DNA from: an uncultured Rivularia sp.
GTDB lineage: Bacteria; Cyanobacteriota; Cyanobacteriia; Cyanobacteriales; Nostocaceae
DNA length: 64,000 nucleotides
Assembly: GCA_963665115.1 (NCBI GenBank)
Contig: OY762007.1
Location: forward strand, 2,816,001-2,880,000
Direction: 5' to 3'
Shown here: in pieces, positions 59,664 to 64,000 of the stretch
How positions within the stretch are numbered: position 1 is the first letter of the stretch
Layout of the letters: every line of letters starts with the position of its first letter
The notes under the pieces: generated by a model
Seen by the model: only the letters and a program-made list of their open reading frames with translations
Database searches by the model: none
What the model was told of the DNA's origin: nothing
Translations under genes and position numbers: made by a program

Positions 59664-62294
59664 TTACTGTTGCGGCACTCTAACAAATTTACAAGTATTT
59701 TGACTGTCGCATTTTACTTGAACTAATACGCCGATTTCAGCATCGTTTTGAGGAGTGATTTTGCGATCGCCGTTTTCATCAAATTCTACTTTTCCTGCTG
59801 CACCTTCTGCAAAGAAATCGGGTGCGGATAAAACCTGTTGCAGCCCTTCGCGAGTTGGATTGTTATCCATACGTCGCAAACCTTCAGCAATTACCATCGT
59901 TGCATCATATGACATTGCAGTGCGCCAGTTGACTTGAGCATTCCAAAGTTCTTGAGCATCGCTTTCAAATGGGCTTTGATTGGCTTGATTTTCCTTTTGA
60001 AACCAAGGAATTGGAATCATCAGATTTTTTGCTTTCTCACCTTTACTTTCTACTGCTTGGCTATACAGAGAATCTCCACCTAAAAGTGTTAGTTCGGAGT
60101 CTTTATTGCTATCCAAAATTTCCAAAGCCTGATTAAAACTTCGACTAGTTTCAGGAACAAGCACTAACAAACTTACTGTTTCCTTAGCTTTTTTTACGCA
60201 ATTTGCAAAATTGGCATTTTTAAAAAGGTCGCATTCTGGAAGGTCAATAAATTCACCATTTTGTAATCGCAGTTGATTTTTTAATTCTTCACGAAATTGT
60301 TCCCCATAATCACGATTAGAAGCATATATAATAGCTGCTTTTCTTTTACCAAGTGTATTTACAATATGACTTACAGAATCTTTTAAGGCAATTTCATCAT
60401 TGCTAGCTGTACGAAAAACATATTTATTCAAATTCATTCCATATTCTTTATTTGGTGATTTTCTTACAGCAGTACTGGTAGGAGAAACCACAACCATTTG
60501 TTTTTGTTCATAAACTTTTCCAGCTGCGAGAGTTGCGCTGCTCGAATAATGACCGACTACTGCCAGAATATCTTTATTCTCAACTAATGTTTTCGCTACT
60601 TCTGAAGATGTCGGAGTCTCATCTTCGTCATCGGCAATAACTATTTGCAACAGTCTATTTCTAATTCCACAATTTAAATTAGTTTTATTTTGAGCTTGAG
60701 CAACCCCTCGTAATATTTCTTCATTAATTTTGTTTGGTGTATTACGAAAGCTAGGAGCAATAACGGCAATTCTCAAAGGTTTTGAATCGGTAATATCGCA
60801 AGATTTTGGATGAGCTTCAGCTTGGTTTGGAAGCTTATTTCTTTGTGACGGTACCATCGCTACAGCATTATTAAGATAAATCAATACTTCTGGGTCGTTC
60901 GGATTTTTTTGAAGAGATTGTTCAAAATATATAATAGATAGTTCGTATTTCTTTTGTTTAAAAGCTTTTATACCTTCTTGCTTCGATTCATTATAGCTAT
61001 CGTTAATTAATAATCTTTTTTCTCCCCAGCTAAAATCTTTTCCTAAGTCTTGTAGAGTATCTTCTAAATTTATTGGAGAGGTTGGACTTGCTTGAGTTGT
61101 AGGTAATACTGTCTGCGGTTGAGGGAAAAAATTACCTTGTGCAATACTTTCGCGGATTTTATTACCAGCAAAAATAAGCGCGATCGCAATTCCACCCAAA
61201 ACCAATTTTTTCGCAACTGTCATCGAAGAATTAGCCCAAACTAAAGGACGTGCGGCGGGGTTTTGACAAATTACGGGTAGCCAAGAAGCACAGGGAAAAT
61301 TATCTTCCATCCATTCGAGACGCTGACGTGCATTTCGCACTGCTGAATACAAAGAATTTCCTGTAGAAAAATCTTCTAAAAAGTATTTCAAAAACTGTCG
61401 TGCAACTTCATCGGGTACGGGTTCGCGCATCACAATCATTTGCGGAACTCCTATACCCCGCAATTCATCTGCTAAGCCCAAACCGTCGCAAGAATTAAAA
61501 ATTGCTAATTTTAAACCTTTTCTAACCGCTGTTCTTAAAGCGTTTTTTAACCGACTTAGTGAAATACTCTCACTGTCATTTATTTGAATTTGTCCGGTTG
61601 TACATTCTTCTCCAGAAGAACTATGTCCCGCAAAAAACAGAATATCCCAATCTTGATTCCACAAACTCTCATTTAATTCTTGTTTTTGAGGTTGTTCTAA
61701 CCAAGTAACTTTAGCTCCCCGATTGCGTAAATTGGTTATTAATTCTCTATCTAAGGTTAAATCTAATCCTTGACTACCACCAAATATAGCTAAAATTTTT
61801 ACCGGACGTTTTAAAGATTCTGTGGGGGGTGCATACTCGGCGCTTAAAGCAAATTCAGCATTGGGACGGTTGTGAAATAAATGCCATAAATGCCAAGGTA
61901 GCTTTTTTAAATAAATATTATTAGTATCAATAATTACTCTAACCGATTCATTTGGCAGGGTTCTTCCTTCTATTCGTACTTGTAACTTTTCCCAAGCAAG
62001 CTGAGAAAACCACTCACGTAAATATTTCTCAAATCTTCTCCTAGCTTCGTTTTCATTTTCGATTATAGAAACACGAGTAACTTGGGCCGAAGGAACATCA
62101 ATTTGTCTGAGATTTTCACCCAAATCACGGTATTTTTCTTGCCAGTCTTGATAAAAGCGAGGTATATCGGGTGCGGGGGGAAGCGTTACCTTTTCTTTAT
62201 GAAATGTTGGCCCATCTTCACCAATTCCGAGGCTTACAGGAAAACCTTGCTCGAAACTGCCTTCATCAATATTTAATACAGCAAATTTGCTCAT
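59664..62294 (-). CDS. CHAT protease - TM - TPR - periplasmic ligand-binding (LivJ/ANF-type) protein
   Basis: LPWHLW, FFAGHS (His), FNSCDG (Cys), one TM, PNDPEVLIYLNNA, VVGHYSS and F.ENGDR. Confidence 0.88.
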   Translation of the reverse strand: MSKFAVLNIDEGSFEQGFPVSLGIGEDGPTFHKEKVTLPPAPDIPRFYQDWQEKYRDLGENLRQIDVPSAQVTRVSIIENENEARRRFEKYLREWFSQLAWEKLQVRIEGRTLPNESVRVIIDTNNIYLKKLPWHLWHLFHNRPNAEFALSAEYAPPTESLKRPVKILAIFGGSQGLDLTLDRELITNLRNRGAKVTWLEQPQKQELNESLWNQDWDILFFAGHSSSGEECTTGQIQINDSESISLSRLKNALRTAVRKGLKLAIFNSCDGLGLADELRGIGVPQMIVMREPVPDEVARQFLKYFLEDFSTGNSLYSAVRNARQRLEWMEDNFPCASWLPVICQNPAARPLVWANSSMTVAKKLVLGGIAIALIFAGNKIRESIAQGNFFPQPQTVLPTTQASPTSPINLEDTLQDLGKDFSWGEKRLLINDSYNESKQEGIKAFKQKKYELSIIYFEQSLQKNPNDPEVLIYLNNAVAMVPSQRNKLPNQAEAHPKSCDITDSKPLRIAVIAPSFRNTPNKINEEILRGVAQAQNKTNLNCGIRNRLLQIVIADDEDETPTSSEVAKTLVENKDILAVVGHYSSSATLAAGKVYEQKQMVVVSPTSTAVRKSPNKEYGMNLNKYVFRTASNDEIALKDSVSHIVNTLGKRKAAIIYASNRDYGEQFREELKNQLRLQNGEFIDLPECDLFKNANFANCVKKAKETVSLLVLVPETSRSFNQALEILDSNKDSELTLLGGDSLYSQAVESKGEKAKNLMIPIPWFQKENQANQSPFESDAQELWNAQVNWRTAMSYDATMVIAEGLRRMDNNPTREGLQQVLSAPDFFAEGAAGKVEFDENGDRKITPQNDAEIGVLVQVKCDSQNTCKFVRVPQQ

Positions 62295-62542
62295 GATGGC
62301 TAAGGAGTAATGGTTTATTAAAACTTTAGTCTAATTTACAACAGCAATTATACTGAATGATAGATAATAAATCCTAATGTTCCAATTTCCGATCCAAAAT
62401 ACAAAAAACTGCATTCTTCCTTGACAAATGTAGAGACGCGATATATCACGTCTCTACATATAGAAAATATAAATTAAATTATTGTCAAAAATGACATTTA
62501 TTTTTAGAGAGAAAAATCGCTAATTACAACATATGTAAATAA

Positions 62543-63637
62543 CTAGATGACAAAACTCTCAGTAATACTGGCATCATCTAAAGCCACTCGAATATTAAAT
62601 TTATCTCCTAATTCAGCCGTGAATTTAAATTGAATATAATTATCTTTACTTCTAGATTGAACTGTAAAAAACGAGTTTCCGGCTGCATCTAAACCGCTAA
62701 GCTGCAATCCTTGAGGTAGATAATTCGTACCATTTCCCGGACATACTCTAGTTAAAATTGCCATGCTGCCATCGAGTTTGGGTAAAATTGCCACCATTAA
62801 AGCAATAAGTTTTTCACCGAAATGCATTCCTAGATCGATAGCTTTTCTTATGCCACCATTCAGGTTTTCTGGATTAATTTCCCAGAGTAATTCAGCAGCC
62901 TTCCAGCGAATTTCTTCGTTAGGAGTATTTTGTAATAAATGAATTAAAGCTTTTTCGGAATCTGAATCAACTTGATTTATCTCATGTTGAGTATCATACA
63001 ATTGCCCTACAGCATCTTTTATTTTATGAGAATTTTCATCATCAGAAGAAATATCTGCAAACACAAAAAGAGGATTAATTGTTCGTTTACCAATTATTGA
63101 CTCGATACTTTGCCAACCTGCATCAAATATATTTTCTAACCAATTACTCAATTGCACTACAGTTTCATTGGAATGTAATGCTACAAATAAGTCATCCAAA
63201 GATTGTAGTTGTTTAATTTCAAGCGTAGTACTGCTGACTTGCGGTAAAAATCCTAATAGCGTTCCTTGCTTATAAGATTCATCAAACTGTACCACAACAT
63301 AACCGATACGATTATGCCAAACATCTTCGGGAAAGTAACAATTATCGTCACCTTTTAATATAGAACGACATTCTAAATGTCCTTTTCCGGGTAAGTTTAA
63401 ATCAGCAATATTGGTACTTACTCTCGCAACAGCATTCCAACTATGACTCTGTTGTAATGAAGTTGGTACATCCAACATTTCTAAATAGTTGTTAGTTACC
63501 AATACTGCTAAAGTATTATGGTAAATTTGCTTCGCTTTTTCCGAATTAGCTTGTTGTTGAGCAAACAGATAGGCTTTGTTTCGATTTGATTCAGTAATAG
63601 GAACGGAAATAGTTAGCTGCTGTGTTGAGATACTCAT
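62543..63637 (-). CDS. DUF1822 family protein (PatU3-like)
   Basis: NTLAV...NYL, ADL.LPG.G.LECR, RIGYVVV, LSNWLENIFDAGWQ, LPQGLQL and DNYIQ motifs. Confidence 0.85.
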   Translation of the reverse strand: MSISTQQLTISVPITESNRNKAYLFAQQQANSEKAKQIYHNTLAVLVTNNYLEMLDVPTSLQQSHSWNAVARVSTNIADLNLPGKGHLECRSILKGDDNCYFPEDVWHNRIGYVVVQFDESYKQGTLLGFLPQVSSTTLEIKQLQSLDDLFVALHSNETVVQLSNWLENIFDAGWQSIESIIGKRTINPLFVFADISSDDENSHKIKDAVGQLYDTQHEINQVDSDSEKALIHLLQNTPNEEIRWKAAELLWEINPENLNGGIRKAIDLGMHFGEKLIALMVAILPKLDGSMAILTRVCPGNGTNYLPQGLQLSGLDAAGNSFFTVQSRSKDNYIQFKFTAELGDKFNIRVALDDASITESFVI

Positions 63638-63664
63638 TAGTAAATACCGTATTTTGAATTTTAG

Positions 63665-64000
63665 CTATGTGTCTATATATCCTTGCGCTCTGCCGAAAGC
63701 TAACAGACAAGGAAGACATTTGTGATTGTAGAAATGATTGAGAGTGCTTTCTCTTTTTCCAAACTTTTCGGCTAATTCCCGCCAAGTTTTTGCATCTGGA
63801 GGTAATCTGTGTTTAAACAATTCCTGACAGTTAATATTAGGAAATGAACGAACATGAAGACTACGTAATTCACTACCTTGTGTTTCAATCCATTCTAGAG
63901 TTTCTTCTAAAATCGGTTGCGGTTTGTCAGGTGCAGGTAAGTTATCTACCGGATCGATAAAATTTAATTCTTCATGTTCTGATTTAGTTGCTCTCCTTTT
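63665..64000 (-). CDS. C-terminal part of a sigma-70-like/HetZ-related HTH protein (truncated by the window edge)
   Basis: Manual translation ...NCQELFKHRLPPDAKTWRELAEKFGKRESTLNHFYNHKCLPCLLAFGRAQGYIDT*; directly upstream of DUF1822. Confidence 0.7.
   Translation of the reverse strand, partial: KRRATKSEHEELNFIDPVDNLPAPDKPQPILEETLEWIETQGSELRSLHVRSFPNINCQELFKHRLPPDAKTWRELAEKFGKRESTLNHFYNHKCLPCLLAFGRAQGYIDT

Larger units (their letters stand above)
1..64000. other. HIP1 (GCGATCGC) octamer over-representation, a cyanobacterial genome signature
   Basis: GCGATCGC recurs through the window, e.g. near 2963, 4708, 10347, 13080, 13120, 15502, 19605, 25420, 32864, 35840, 37008, 39225, 42486, 43982, 52801, 56540 and 61180. 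Confidence 0.9.

Noticed and set aside
1..64000. tRNA, rRNA, transposase or prophage genes
   Set aside because: No such signatures seen on either strand by eye; a tRNAscan/Rfam run would be needed to exclude small RNAs

Overview
AT-rich chromosomal window from a filamentous, probably heterocyst-forming cyanobacterium (Nostocales/Rivulariaceae-like). This rests on frequent HIP1 GCGATCGC sites, heptameric STRR arrays and genes such as psb30, raf1, pcxA and fraH. Housekeeping genes (xseA/xseB, rph, pgl, recJ, clpC, menG/ubiE, mltA) are interspersed with accessory loci. The most striking locus is at 26.6-30.8 kb: eight co-oriented genes for small signal-peptide proteins. Five of them are paralogs built from two 33-aa Gln/Asn/Ser/Gly repeats with conserved residues at alternating positions, an Arg-rich linker and two Cys. 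I propose this as a candidate secreted functional-amyloid or fibre system; it has CA-rich leaders, a recent tandem duplication and a divergent XRE regulator. Other notable loci are a sigma-like/DUF1822/membrane CHAT-protease receptor module, an asnB plus methyltransferase pair, a FIST-histidine kinase pair, and a PEP-CTERM/NIDO protein next to an O-antigen-ligase-like gene. Seven genes are split by a single extra base in a short homopolymer, most likely sequencing error. The ORF track misses psb30. I saw no rRNA, tRNA, CRISPR array or transposase. All calls come from reading the sequence; no searches were run.
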